From the NCBI GenBank assembly GCA_964016885.1, contig OZ024746.1:29698001-29762000 (forward strand): a DNA stretch of 64,000 nucleotides, read 5' to 3'. This stretch comes from Eledone cirrhosa (lineage: Eukaryota). Shown here in pieces: positions 43,951 through 60,410 of the stretch. How positions within the stretch are numbered: position 1 is the stretch's first letter; the number at the start of each line of letters is the position of its first letter. The translations under genes and the position numbers were made by a program. The notes under the pieces are model-generated. The model did not search any database, was not told the DNA's origin, and saw only the letters and a list, made by a program, of their open reading frames with translations.

Positions 43951-44479
43951 ATGGCAGCGACTTGGCAGAGTCGTTAGGCTGTCGGATTAAATTTCTTGAT
44001 ATTTGTTCTGGCTCTCTGCATTAGTTCACATTCTGTGGAGGTCCATTTTGATGTTAACACTTCCAAGGTTATTACATAAAGTTCCAGTGGAATACTGGAT
44101 TCGAATGCTTCTCTCGACGAAGATGATGAAATCAATTATGTTCAGACTTGGAGTGGGATGTCCCCCTCCATGTATAATTGTTGTAGACACGCTGTATATC
44201 ATCATGACTCTCCGACGACAACATCGAGAATAAAGGGCGAAACCTGAAACCAAAAACTCCATTTCTTTTGATACGTAACAACATAAAATATATCCAATTA
44301 TTTCGCTATGTCATACAATAATGGATTATTTCAAAGTTATTCTCAGACTGTCAGCTTTTCATTAGAGCTCTCTATACATATAATTTCTTCTTAATTCCTT
44401 TAAAAACATCGCGCTTATCTTTAGTTTCCCTTCCGGATGTAACTATTGACTTTAGTTGCTTCGTGATTGCTTTCGCTAT

Positions 44480-44790
44480 CTTATCCCCACTCTCTCTATC
44501 TCTCCTGTTTCTCTCTTCCACTTTCTCTCCCCCATTCGCTCTTTCTCTCCTACTTTTGCACTTTCTCTCCTTCTTTCGCGCTTTCTCTCCCTCTTCGGCT
44601 CTTTCTATCCCTTTTTCGCTTTTCTCCTCACTCTTTCCGTCTTCCTTTCTGCCTCTGTCATTCCTTCTGTCTTTCATATCCTTTCGCTATTTATATCACT
44701 CTCTCGTTCTCTTTTCCACTCGCTCGTTCTCTCTATCTTTTCCCTTTTTGTCTTTTCGTGTTTCCAACTCTCTCTCTCTCTCTCTCTCTC

Positions 44791-44839
<49 letters not shown>

Positions 44840-44925
44840 CCTACTTCTCCCTCTCTCACTCTTACTCTCTTTTTTCTCCGTGCCTCACTCTCTAACTATT
44901 TTACTCGCCTCACGCCATTTGGTCG

Positions 44926-45020
<95 letters not shown>

Positions 45021-45299
45021 TCCTACTTCTCCCTCTCTTACTCTTACTCTCTTTTTTCTCCGTGCCTCACTCTCTAACTATTTTACTCTCCTCACGCCAT
45101 TTGATCGCTTCTCCCCCCTCTCTCTCTCGCTATCTATCTCTATCTCTTTCTCTTCCTTTATCTCTCGTCCTATGTTTTCTTTCTTTCTCTGTCTGTTCTC
45201 CCTCTACTCCTATTTGTATTCCTCTTTCTGGATTCCTTCCGACAAATTTTTCCCATTCTCTCTTGCTCTATCTGAGTTCATCTACCTTACTCACACACT

Positions 45300-45363
<64 letters not shown>

Positions 45364-45400
45364 TCTCTCTCTCTCCTTCACTTTCTCTCTCTCTCCCTCT
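44480..45400. repeat. (CT)n / pyrimidine-rich low-complexity tract with an internal duplication of about 100 bp
   Basis: Direct inspection; about 44835-44935 matches about 45015-45115. Confidence 0.9.
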
Positions 45401-45788
45401 GAAATTATGTTCCATTATAATCATATCGATTAGTTTTTCCTGGACAGACGTTATACACATATTCACACAGACATACATCAATGTATATAGCAAAACTTGC
45501 ATTCACAAAAGAAGAAAAAAATTGCCTGCTGCAGCTGCTGCTGCTGCAGGTAATTGTGAATGAATATGGCAGAGTGATAATGCAGAAGCCTGAAGCATTT
45601 GTTCATTTTGACCGCTAAATTACCTAGGTTAATACAATTTTCTTCTAGCTAGTCTCTTTATTATTCTAACCTCTAATAAATAAGATTTTTCTCTCTCACC
45701 TATCAATGACTTTTTCCTCAGGAAAAAACACATTTTTTTTTCTTCTTCGACAAATCTTTTCATCTCTACGTATGATTGTGTACTTTCT

Positions 45789-45935
<147 letters not shown>

Positions 45936-45936
45936 T

Positions 45937-46003
<67 letters not shown>

Positions 46004-46113
46004 TTATATATATATACAATGCGTGTATATATGTATGTGTATCTGTATATATGTACACACACTGTGTATATATATACATAACTGTATATATGTAAACACA
46101 CTGAAATGTGTGT

Positions 46114-46192
<79 letters not shown>

Positions 46193-46688
46193 GTGATAAT
46201 AAACCAGCAGTGTCTGCCTCTCCTTGTTGTACAAGGTGAAAGGAAGAAGATAAATCTAAGAATAGAGACTGTTATATCACTTAGCTAATGTCATAGTATG
46301 ACGTATCATCACCATCATCAAAACCATCATTGTCACCGCCATTATCATCGTCGTCATTACCATCACCATCTTACCAACTACCTGTGCTGCTGTCTCCTCA
46401 TCCCCTCAATGTTCACTCAGTAATATATGAATATACATTGTATATACACACTAGTTTATATCTATACATCCACAGGTAGTAGGTTGGTATAAAGTGATAT
46501 CAATGAAGAATATAAAGATAGGCTAATAAGAGTAGCCAATATACACATGATTTTATTAACTGGTAAGTACATTATTTATTGAAGCAAATTAAGTGTTCAT
46601 ATTAATTTATAATCATCATCTCCGCCTTGTCAAACATTTTGTTGAATAATTAATGACGACATGTATAGCGGCCGCTTATAAGTGTTAC

Positions 46689-46910
46689 CAGTAATACACT
46701 TGGGTACTCGGTGATCCTTTCTATTAACATAAGAGAGTTTCTTCTGTCCAGGTCTGTAGATTTTAGCAGTAATACACTTGGAGAACTTGGTGACCATGGC
46801 TATTAAACTCAGAAGGTCCATTTGTCCAGATTTGTAGATCTTAGCTACATTTGGGTAATTTAGTGATCATGGCTTTTGACTCCAGATATGTATTTCTGCC
46901 CAGATGTGCT
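46689..46910. repeat. Degenerate 70-79-bp tandem repeat, 3 units
   Basis: Recurring CAGTAATACACTTGG...GGTGA.C...TGTCCAG.T.TGTAGAT.TTAGC. Confidence 0.65.
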
Positions 46911-49162
46911 TCCTATTGCTTTCTATGTAAACTTAGGGTAGGTGGTTGGGGAATGCACTCGTCACAAAGTCATTCTATCTAGAGGCTGTTGCCTTATCCG
47001 ACACTTAGAGTCTCACTCTGTATAAGCAATCACTCTGATCGCTTTGCACGCGAAATACTTTTGATAGGTATAGTCTAAAAGTTTTCTTAGAAACCAATTC
47101 CCCATGAAAATGCACAGATTAATTCGTACACGCTGCAAAATGAGATATTCTGGAAGTACACTGTATACCTGAAAAAAAAAAACAAAGCATAAGAACAACA
47201 TAATCTCTGAGGTATGAAGTATAAGAAATGAAACTATTGAATGTCGTTTGGTAGTTGTAAAGGAAGAAAATGAGAAAATGGCGAATACTTCACGACCAGA
47301 TGAAAAGGGGGTTATGAAGAAAACTTTCCTAAGGTATTAACGTATGGTTTATGTGGATATAGCATGATAATCATACCAGCGTCGAAAAGTTGCATGCATT
47401 CGTTTTGAAACACTGGGTAATGATTAGGTGGAAACAAATAAACAACACAAAAAAGGAAGAAAAAGAAAGAAAAGAAGTAATCTCCTTAAAAACATAATAC
47501 AAATATCTTTGTAAGAAATACAATAAAAGCTAAAGCAGAAAGAAAGCGAAATAAAGCTTTAGTGACCAGGAGAAATAAAATATGATGTAATAGGAGAAAT
47601 AAAACTTGCTGAAAACTGTTTTAGAGAATGTGTTCACTTTAACGATGGAATTGAACCAATAGACGGCATTGCCTGCAGTAAAAACAATTATATAAGCAAA
47701 AATAAAAACAAAGACAAAATAGTTGATATTGATTGGTTACAATAGACCAGCAGTGTCCAACAATAGAAGTCAGAAGTAAGTACGCAACAGGTTATACAAA
47801 TTTTTTTTGGTGGGGGGGGCGTAATATTGTCAGGGTAATATTTTATTAAGTCAGGGAAGGAAATGTAGCGCATATGGCCATTTTAAGTAACCTGTGAGAC
47901 TGGTAGGAGGGAAGGAGGAGGAACGTATTTTTAAACTAGACACCTGCCTCTGAATTTTTGCAACTAAGTAGATTACTCTGGTGGCATTCAAGGAACGATG
48001 ATGGTAGTTTAGCCTAACATCCAAGGAAATCACGGCGAGATTTGAACGTACAGCATAGAGAGCAGTGACAAGTAACGCAATGCTTCATGTCCACTGTTCG
48101 AACGATTCCCCCAGTCTACAGCTTCAGACTGGGACATTATGTATCGACGGTTGGATAGGTTTCAAAATAATCAACCACGGCCTGATCTGAACTCTGAAGT
48201 AAAGTAGCCGGAATAAATACTGCAAATAATTTTGTCTGATGCTTTAACACATCTATATTTGCCCATTACATTCGAAAATGCTCCCATACTTTTATTGTTA
48301 ATGAGGCTGACATTCAATTATGAATAATTGTAGGGCAGTGTTTGGAGAAAGAGTGATGCGCTTTCACTAAGCAAGATAGCGAGGCTCAACTAATTCGAAT
48401 CTGCCCACATTCGTTCTTTGAAAATAAAGGACAAGTAGACGCATTCAATTACAAATATCATAACTGTAATAAACACAGAAGCTGATGAGGCTCAAATAAA
48501 CTGATTCGTTCACGTTTGGGTATTAGACCCGCATGTACTCTCTAGGGGTTTCAAACAACAGAATTTGCTAATCACAATAAGCAGGTTTAAAATAGTTCTA
48601 ACCGAAATGATCATTAAAGCAACACATTTCCACATTTTTTCTTCAACTATAAATCTGATGTATTGGAGCCATATAATTGATAGTATATATGAAATAATTG
48701 GTTATCTTTAATTATTTTGATATGAAAGAATTAGACGTAGCGGTAATGATGTTTTAATTATCCAACATCTTTAGGTTAAGATAGATAGTCTCAATCAGTT
48801 ATAAACATCTTAGAAGTAGGTTTGATGGATAATTAAATTTCTAAAAGAAGCAGCTGGCTATTTAATCTGGTTCTTATTTAGTTTAATGACTCATTATCTT
48901 TCTAGCTGGTTGTCTTTGATTGATTTTATTTAAATGTATAATCAGAGTCATGGCTGGGTGGACGAGAAGTTCCCTTCGTAACGATGTTGTTCAGTATTCC
49001 ATCGATCGTTCGATTCAACTGCTCGGCTATTCAGGTTATTCTACTCTAATCTCGCTGTAACCAATGCCTTTGTGATTGCAATGAGTTGGGGGATGGCGGT
49101 GAACTGAAACACACACACACACGCGCACACACATATTCATTTTATTAAGGCTAAACAGTGAG

Positions 49163-49212
49163 TCTTGTTACTCGGGAGGTTCGCCTGACTATCACAGGGT
49201 CATCAGACAAGA
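49163..49212 (-). ncRNA. Minimal hammerhead with two point lesions
   Basis: UCUUGU-CUGAUGA-cCCUG..CAGGc-GAAcCUCccGAGUA-ACAAGA. Confidence 0.6.
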
Positions 49213-49229
49213 ACTCTAACATTTTAAAA

Positions 49230-49886
<657 letters not shown>

Positions 49887-51030
49887 GTGTCTGTATATGT
49901 GTGTGTGTGTGGGTGTGTGGGTGTATGCATACATGTGTATGCGAATACGTGTGTTATTTCTTAGCATGTGTTGGTTTTTGTGAGAAAGCACAAAATGTTT
50001 TTAAAAGTGTGTTTGGTGCAGTTTTTCGATTGCTTGTTAGTATGTGTGTATGTATGTATGTATGTATGTAGAAGGCAACTTAGGAAACTGGGTTAACTCT
50101 GATATAAAACCTGCGGCTCAGTAGTTACCGATGATGCTGATCTTTTCTTCTTTTCGGGTTATAGCTACTGTCGCTCAGAGAGTGGGATTGGCTCAGTGCA
50201 CAGTCTTTCTTCACTTTAAAAAATATCTTCACGCACAGGCATTGCACGATAGAATTAATTAATAATTATTAATAATGGTATATCATGCAATGGCCATACT
50301 CGATAACGAGAGGGCAGCCATCATCATGTATGTATGTTTGTATCATGTAGCCAAACATGTAGGCATGTATGTATGTATGAATGTATGTATGTATGCATGC
50401 ATCTCCTAAGGTTGTTATTACTAATGTGAAAGTAGGCTAGAGAATCTACTCTTTACCCAAACCTTATGGATTACACATAGCCACAGACAACCGTGATGTT
50501 CCGAACACACAGGGAAAAGGAGCGAAAGTGAGTTACTGGCGACTTAAACCAATTGCTCCATGTAAACAAAATGCGTCAAGATTGGTCAGCCTCTAAGTAT
50601 CACTCGGTATATATGTATGTATGTATGCATGCAAGCTGTTAGTGTATATGTATGTTCGTGTATAATTGCGTATGTATATAAGTATGTATGTAATTAGGCT
50701 GATTTTAGGAATGTATATATGTATGATTTTGTATGTGTGTTTGGATATGAGAAGATAAGTAGATATGTAGTTGGCAGGTGTCGTTATCGGTAACAGCCGT
50801 AAATATAGCTGAAATATAAACTCACTGACACCATCTTTCACGTAGTGAAGTATCGATCAGTGAAATAATTCTCTCAAAATTATCCCTCTGTCGTCCTCTA
50901 CAACTTTACTTTAACACGCCAGGAAAACACCTACTGACCAAATCCACTGTGGGGGGCGTGTGATTCACACACACACACATATAGATATTAATAAAATACA
51001 TTTGTATATGCATTATGTATGCTTATGTAT

Positions 51031-51089
<59 letters not shown>

Positions 51090-51228
51090 AAAAAGTATGA
51101 CACCGACAGCAGAGATCAAGCTGTTTCGACGTCGGGGTCATATCTTTTCCTAATCCCACTCTACTACCCTAAGTATTGAGTACTCTGGTGCGTTATGGTC
51201 CATCTGGTTCCTTACCACAATTCCTTTG

Positions 51229-51322
<94 letters not shown>

Positions 51323-51775
51323 TATTTTCCGTTGTGTTGTAATATAAATATTACACACAGTAGATTATCAGCTCACGTAGAGTTTGCTCGACGGTTCCAG
51401 TTGTAGTTCCAAAAGTAATCCGGAGAAAAATAGAAAGATTTGAATATATATATATATATATATATACATATATAGATTTGAATATATATATATATATATA
51501 TACATATATAGATTTATGTGTTTACATATATTTATGTATTTACATAGATATATATTTTATATATATTAATAGTAATAATAAATTTGAAGACTAAAATCCA
51601 AAGAGGGCTCGATAAGGATAAATATATATCAAATATATAAGAACCGTAGATCAAATATTTATTAAAATAACAGCTTAAAGTTTAAGCAAAGAATCGCTGC
51701 TTTAACCCTTAACGGGATCTTCTGAAACTAAAAAGGTCAATCTGTGAACGCAGAAGTAAATATTTCAAAAAACCT

Positions 51776-53792
51776 TTGCGTTGGTGTGGCTTTTATTTCG
51801 ATAATCAGGGAAAAGCAGACAACAAACAGGATAAATTTGGATTTAAAACCTATAATAACCCTGCGAGTAACCCAGCATTGCTACCCTTCGAAAATGATGT
51901 CTTGGAACTCATACGGAGTATCAAATTTCGGAATAGGAGTAATTCCTTCCAGCAGGACCTGAAGAATAGAATTCGTTCTATTAAGGATTCTAATTCCGTG
52001 CACGTCCACTCCGACAAAACTGTCAATCTATATAAAGCGGAGCGCAGTACTTATCATCAACTGCTACATAATGCTGTAACTAAGGATTACCGTAAAACTA
52101 ATCGGAGCGTCATTAATGAAATCAACGATGCTGGGTTTAAAATCCCGTCTGATTTCAACACCCTGGACCGGACTGAATCTCTGGACCCTATTTCTCCCCA
52201 CTTTACCCTGAAGGATCACGAATCCAATTTCCCGAACAATCCCTCTATTCGGCTTATTAAATCTACGAAATCCGATTTAGGTAGACTTAGTAAAAGGATT
52301 TTAGATAGAATTATACCTGAAATTAGAAGTTTGGCCCCTCTTGCACTGCGGAACAATTCTTTCGCGGTGATTGATTGGTTCAACGGCATATGCAACAAGG
52401 AACATTGCCGTTTTATCCAATTTGACATCAATAATTACTACGCCTCCATCACTTTACCACTTCTCCTTAGAGCTATCAATTTCGCTAAAACACTCACAGT
52501 GGTTAAGGATTTCGAAGTTGATGTCATCCTCAATGCCCGTAAGCCGGTGATTAATTTCGACGACTCTATTTGGATTAAAAAATCTAATAGTACCCCATTC
52601 GACGTGAGTATCGGCGCCAGCGATTCTGCGTAGGTTACTGATCTTATCGGCCTTTTCCTTCTTTTCTCTATCAAGGAAGAATTCTCCAACGTGGGCGGTG
52701 ATTTGTACCGTGATGATGGTCTTTTGACCATGACAAAGTGCGGCCCACGTGCTTGCGACAGGTTCAGAAAAGAACTCACAGCCTTCTTTAAAGGCTTCAA
52801 TACACGTTGAGGCCAACCTCTCGGTCGTTAATTACCTCGACGTTACCCTCAATTTGTCGAATAGCTTGTACTACCCATATAGAAAGCCGAATGATACGCT
52901 TAATTACATAAGTAAGCATTCTAACCATCCTGCCAGCATAATCAAGAACCTGGTAAGAAACGTTTCTTTGAGGCTTTCCCGTCTATCTACTAACGAGCAT
53001 ATTTTCAATGACCATTCCACATATTACAACGAAGCTCTTGCTCGGAGTGGATTTGTCGATAAGGTAGCATATACAGAGTACGAGAATAGACCTAGGAAAA
53101 ATAGATCCCGACGCATTATATGGTATAACCCACCATATAATATGGAGGTGGCCACACCATTAGCTAAGATTTTTCTCTCCCTTATTATGAAGCATTTCCC
53201 CCCAGCACATAAATATAGTAACATTTTTAATAGAAATACCATTAAAATTTCTTACTCTACGACTCTTAACCTTGCTCATAACATCACAGCTTCAAATTTA
53301 GCTCAACTACCTAGCCGTAGGAACACGTGCAACCCTGTAGCTAGTACTAACTGTAATTGTAGGAATCGGGTTGACTGCCCCCTATCCGGGAAATGCCTCT
53401 CTAGTAACATTCTCTACAAATGTAATGTTGAAAAACCCACGTCCCGTAGGGCCTACATGGGGTTTACCGCCAATAGATTCAAGCAGCGTCTTTAGATGCA
53501 TACCCATTCTTTTCTTAACTCTTTAAGAAGGAATATGACGTCACTTTCAGCTTATATCTGGAGTCTAAAAGACAACCACACCCAATATAAGTTACACTGG
53601 GAGATCCTAGCTAGGGCTAGATCGTATAACGGAAATAAAAGACCATGTGACCTCTGCGCCGCTGAGGCCCTGGAAATACTCTACGCCAAAGACCACATCT
53701 TAAACAAAACATCTGAGGCCATTTCGGCTTGTAAACATAAATTGCACAAAACTTTCCTGTATTACAGCCCCACATTATACCCTAACGGATAG
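51776..53792 (+). pseudogene. PLE RT plus GIY-YIG polyprotein (2 stops, 1 frameshift)
   Basis: SDKT, LKDHE, FDINNYYASI, YRDDG, NYLDVTLNL, SNHP, WYNPPY, CNCRNRVDCPLSGKC, ILYKC..YMG, CDLC and ACKH. Confidence 0.92.
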
Positions 53793-54799
53793 TATGAACT
53801 ATACGCAGGTATTTTACGTCTTGATGTGGTAGCTAAGTATATGTTATGTTTATACCATTACTTATTTGTATAGGTAAGTATATATTACCTGTATGTTTTG
53901 TGAAGGTACGTATACTTTCTCGTACGTATATTTGCCTGTATATGTTATGGCGTATATATTATATATTCTGGTACATGTACATTTGGTTATGTGTATACGT
54001 GAGTTTTGCGTATGTGTGAGCATGCGGGTTCGTATGTATGTAGGATATGTTTATATGTGTACTTTGTGTTTTGGTCGACGTACGTCTGCGAACATATGTG
54101 TATTTACATGTAGGTGTGTGTGTGCGCGCGTTATATACGTATTTATTTATTTATATACGTTTATTTAATTATATGTCTACACGCACACACACACATATAT
54201 ATATTTTTTATATACATTTTTATCTGTATCTGGCGTATACGTTCGTATGTGTGTGGGTACAGGTGTTGCGTGGGTTCTGTATGTGCGTGCGGATTTTTGT
54301 GTGTACGTGCTTGTATTTGCATAGCGTATGCTTGTGTATGTACGTATATGGATACGTGTATGTATTTATTTAATTTCAATTACCTCTGTATTTTATTTAC
54401 TTTATTTTTAACTCTGAAGCCGAGAATCATTCGGTTTCCTAGTTAGAATTTTAGTCTACGACTTCAGTTATACCATTTAGGTGGTTTTGACTTTCCGTGC
54501 AATTGTTCTAACCGTTTCACATAATGACGTATTATCTTCGTTTTTTTCGTTCATTGCCAGAGAACGTCTCCATGAACCACCTAATAGAATATTAGTCTAC
54601 GACTTCATTTATACCATAAACGTGGCTTTGTCTTTGCGTGAAATTGTTTTTCAGCGCTCCAAATAATGACGTATTATCTTCGTTTTTTTCCGTTCTTTGC
54701 CAGGGAACGTTTCCACGAACCAAAGTATCGTCTTCCTGTCTTCCCCCGGTTGCAACGTTTTTGAAACATTTACTTCTGCGTTCGCAAATTGACTTTTTT

Positions 54800-54850
54800 A
54801 GTTTCAGAAGATCCCGTTAAGGGTGAAAGCAGCGATTCTTTGCTTAAACT
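54800..54850 (+). ncRNA. Hammerhead-like motif in the pseudo-LTR, CAGAAGA core variant (inverted copy at 51679-51729)
   Basis: AGUUU-CAGAAGA-uCCCguuaaGGGu-GAAAGCAG..UUGCUU-AAACU. Confidence 0.6.
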
Positions 54851-54870
54851 TTAATCTGTTATTTTAATAA

Positions 54871-54935
<65 letters not shown>

Positions 54936-54962
54936 GTTCAATCATCTAACAGGAAGGTATAC

Positions 54963-55001
54963 GATGCTGATGACAGCTAAGAACCTCGAAACTAGTTCAT
55001 C
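54963..55001 (+). ncRNA. Minimal hammerhead with decayed stem II
   Basis: GAUG-CUGAUGA-cagcuaagaaccuc-GAAACUAGUU-CAUC, with palindromic stem III. Confidence 0.6.
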
Positions 55002-55217
55002 ATTCCTTTGTCAGTGTTGAACAAAATGGCAACGATGGTTGCCGAACACTATACGGCTTAATTCGGGCTGTTTGTTTACAAACAAACCGAAGATTATAAT
55101 AAATGTTCGGTAAACCCATACATACATATATATATATATGTGTGTGTGCATGTATGTATGTATATACATACTGCTGTACGTCTGTATACATATATGTATG
55201 TACGTATACATACTTAC

Positions 55218-55265
<48 letters not shown>

Positions 55266-55266
<1 letters not shown>

Positions 55267-55950
55267 ATTGAGCGCTTGCCACACATCTCCGAAGTTATTT
55301 TTCGTTAATTCCTGAGCCGATATACGATTCTCGCTAATTTATATTTGTATTAATCTCCAGAGTCTAGCTACTGACCAGTTAATTTTCTCGATTTTTTAGT
55401 TGATTCTATTGACTGATGAATAACTTATGTTAACTTATAACCAATCTATTGAGAGCTTTATTCAATTTGTGATGTTTTGCATTCTTGCAATAATACACAC
55501 AACTGAATTCATTCGCCTAAAATATGGGTTGCCTCTCTTGCCGAGCTCTACGTGGGGTCGGTAACGGTCATTCCTTTAATTAGCACTCGAACTAAAACCT
55601 GTTGAAAAGGTGGCTTCCTTGTTCAATCATCTTACCAGAAGCCTAACATTATTTATGTAAGCGGACAGTACTTGATTTAGGAGTCGCAGAAACCCAAATG
55701 CTGGATTTTACAAACCATCCAGGGGTCCGGGTAAATTTTCAATCACATATATTTTTATTTGTTTGACCCGAATTACTTGGTCGTTTTTTTGGCTGTGCGG
55801 ATGATTGTTTAACCATCGTCTCAGTGTGTTTGGCCTTTAACGTATGTTGTAGCTCTGGTTCATCTGAATCATTGAGCGCTTGCCACACATCTCCGAAGTT
55901 GTTTTTCGTTAATTCCTGAGCCAATATACGATTCTCGCTAATTTATATTT
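55266..55950 (+). mobile_element. Non-coding tandem-unit element: 81-bp terminal direct repeats, 604-bp period
   Basis: 55266-55346 equals 55870-55950 (2 substitutions), (TA)n flanks, and it is homologous to the reverse complement of 36375-37068. Confidence 0.85.
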
Positions 55951-56025
55951 ATATATATATAAATACACACCGAAATATTTATATATATAAATACACACCG
56001 AAACTGTCCAGGTAACAATCGAGAA

Positions 56026-56083
<58 letters not shown>

Positions 56084-56490
56084 TTCTCGATTGTTAACTG
56101 GACAGTTTCGGTGTGTCTTCACGCCAGAATGTTATCACTGTATTCCTTGAGACGAAGCGATATGGTAAGATACAAGAGTGTATTTTAAAATAAATTTCTT
56201 CGAATCTTCGTCGCTCAAAACAATCACCTTTATTCCAGTAGAGATATGAATACTTTTCTATTTCTTTTCTACCTTTTATGATTTCCCTTCTTCTCTCCTA
56301 CCCACCCCGCCCATCTTTTCATCGTCGTCATCGTTGTTGTTTTTGTTCTTATTCTTCTTCGTCTTCTTTTTCTATTATCTCATATTTTTCTTTCTTTTCA
56401 CAAATATATTTCCATTATCTATGAAGATATGTATGCAACCACACACACACATACACACACACATACATACATACTTATATATATATACCT

Positions 56491-56524
<34 letters not shown>

Positions 56525-56611
56525 GTGTGTGTATGTGTGTGTTTGTGTGTATGTATATGTGCATGAATATATCTTTGAATTGTATATATATGTATATATG
56601 TATATATATAT

Positions 56612-56689
<78 letters not shown>

Positions 56690-57834
56690 TACAGCCACAC
56701 CTACATACATACACATCCTGTCCACCATTGTTAACTACCTTCCCATCGTTAGATGTTCTCACTGTTCTTATCTCTATTTCTCTTGAAGACCATAACTGTT
56801 CATCTCAAGATGGCGACCGTTTTTAATGATTTCCGCCATTTAAAAACACAATCACATTTAACTTAGAGGCATAGCTGAATGGCTAAGGAGATGGCATTAA
56901 TCTAGTTAATTCTGGGCTCATACCCGATATGTGGATCAATAACTTTGAGTGAAATTTGTTTGACAGAAACTGAAGAATCATATCGTATATATATCATCTA
57001 TAATATCTAGAATCCATATAATATATATAACTATTGTCTAATTACCCTTTGAGGGCACAGGTGAAGCATCGGTGTAAGAAGGTTCAACAATGACCTCATA
57101 GTAAAGATAAAGAATATTTAAACATTACGTCGGTATTGAGTACATGATCGTCACTTAACATATTCATAGCGAGGCTTATCTATTTTTATTATATATAAAA
57201 ATATCATATATATACGTATCTATTCTGAATCCCGCTGTGTTATTGGCCACTGCTAGTTAAAACGAGATACAATGTCAACCAAATATATTGAAACACATCG
57301 GGAGACCCGTTACAGATAAAATATAATAAACACACTATACAATTTATTTCTGGAGGAGGAGGAGCAGGATGGGAGGAGGAGAAGAAGGAGGAGGAAACAG
57401 GAAATAGTATAAAACTAGAGTATGACCTATCTTGTATTGTGAAGGGATGTACTAACACAATAAAAACAGCTGGGGTTTGGAAATGTTCCAGCATTTAGAG
57501 ATTCCGCATACCTGGTTTAAGTAATTAGCCAAAGATAGATGGTGCTGTAGCAACATTATACAATAAATTGTTAATTAGAATGTAATTAACGCAAAATAGA
57601 TGATTAGATTGGAAAGCAATATTTTCAAGCATAAAACATTTTCGATTACAAATCTAGAGACAAGAAACATGTCTAACAACATGTTTTTAAGTCTTTAAGG
57701 ATAGAAGAACAGCACATCTCAGCAATGTCAGGACCTCCCAGATTGAGGTAGATATCCACATAAAGGTCACTTGGTTGTCAAACTAGCTGCAAAACAGTGA
57801 ACCCTGGTAAAGACATTCAAAGATTAAGTGCTTC

Positions 57835-58087
57835 TCTAAAACATTTGTCACCATATTTCTAATTATAGACACTAAATTGTCAAATAATTCTAAAAGTCTA
57901 GAATTTGGGGGCTTGGTAAAACAACTAATTCTTTTCATTATTAATTAATTTGTGGTTTAGAACATGACTAAAGATATTTACACAGAAACATGGTAGAATG
58001 TTTCCAGATAAATCTAAACATTTAAGAAAACATTTTGTATCAAAGAATCAGAGGGAGTTTCAGATGGTTTGGTACCATCAGATGTGT
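57835..58087 (-). mobile_element. Degenerate copy of the piggyBac-like MITE
   Basis: Both ends resemble those of 20373-20902. Confidence 0.45.
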
Positions 58088-59029
58088 GTTATACCTGATT
58101 AAGTCTACCACCAAAATAGGCCACAAAGTGGTCTGATTTCAGAAGGTAAAAGCCGAGGCAAATTACCAAACCTGGATTGGAATTTGATTTTGATTTTATT
58201 TCATATAAAAGATGAACAGCAAAGTTACGCTCGGTAGGATTTGAGCAGTTTTGTGCGGAGGCCCTTCTTGTCACTTCCCCTACAGTTACTCCTCACATTC
58301 TATTCGAACCCATTGGGAAATTTATTGATTAATGAAATAAAAAAATGCTCGCGGCAGTAACAGAAGTTTGCGATCATAGATATGAGTTTAAAAACATGTA
58401 AACTTTTTTCTATATTGTAATCTAATTGAGAAGTTTTGTGATTTATTTCAGAAGAGCTTTGAATAAATTTGGCAGCCAACATTTCTGTCAGAAATAGTAA
58501 GTCTTGTTTTATAGTGTTTCAAAGCAAATGTCTTCAAATGCACCCCAGTTTACAATTTCTATAAGTTGAGCCAGCCAATATCTCAAAACTTTGGCTCTCC
58601 ATTTTCTTACCATAAACTTTCATATCGTCTTTCAGCGAGAGTAAAAATATATTTACGTAATCATCATTATTAACTCGTCACACTTAATACTTAATGACAC
58701 AAAGCAATGAAATCAGCCAGTAGTTATGTAAGCTGTTTGTGTCATTGCATAATGAAAAATTGATTTTATAACATAATGGAATTGGCAAAGAAAACTATCG
58801 GTTTCTGGTGTGAAAGCACAAACGAATACTGTATTGGCAGTGAGAAATATAGTGAGTATTTCACCGAGAGTGGCTCTATGTAAAACCAATATAACAATTA
58901 TTGAGCAGTTTCCCTATTGCAGAATAAATGTTTAGCTGTCAATTAAGATCACCGGATTATTGGATAAAAACCTTCATATGGTAACAACTGTCTATGTTGC
59001 AGTCTAGGAATTACTAAACATATCTGAAC

Positions 59030-59622
<593 letters not shown>

Positions 59623-60138
59623 ACTTAAGCCAAAATCTCGATTCGAGGGAATATAAGCTATACCGAGACTAAAATAAGTCAGTTTTACTCATATAGTTCC
59701 CCAACCATGGTTTCTAGAATTTCAGAAAGAATATTGATTATTTCAAAACATTGGAATTATCAATAGTGGAAGAATTACAATTCCATCTCCAGAAGGAAAA
59801 TTGTTTGGAATAGGAGATGTTGAATATAAAGTACATACACCATGCCGTTGCCTAGACCTCCTTGTATCCGACATGTTGCCTCATTGAAGTACTACATGAA
59901 CATATCCCACTCAAAGTACCGCAACAATGCGACGGCCTTATATAATGACGCTGGAAATAGCAGCCAAATTAGTCTAAATCTACTCAACAGTGAAGGAGTA
60001 TTTGAAACGTCTAAGTATTAGAGACAGATAACTTTTTGTATATATATATATATATGGCAGCGATAATGAGGGACAGAGACCTCTGGAGAGAACTCGTCCA
60101 TGGATCTCGGGAATTTTACTCGCCTTAGATAGATATAA

Positions 60139-60410
<272 letters not shown>

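Larger units (their letters stand above)
51653..54876 (+). mobile_element. Naiad-like PLE, 5'-truncated, with inverted pseudo-LTR at the 5' end and pseudo-LTR at the 3' end
   Basis: 51653-51773 is the inverse of 54757-54876. The ORF relic lies between them, followed by a GT-rich 3' UTR with a duplication of about 140 bp, and it ends in (TA)n. A terminal scrap of the same pseudo-LTR lies at about 42897-42937. Confidence 0.92.

Noticed and set aside
45490-45556. Possible micro-exon ending CAG|GTAATT with poly-Ala
   Set aside because: No polypyrimidine acceptor, and it is explained by a (GCT)n repeat.
55412-55870. Box C/D snoRNA reading of (C/A)TGATGA ... CTGA in the 604/577-nt family
   Set aside because: The boxes are about 450 nt apart with no clean terminal stem.
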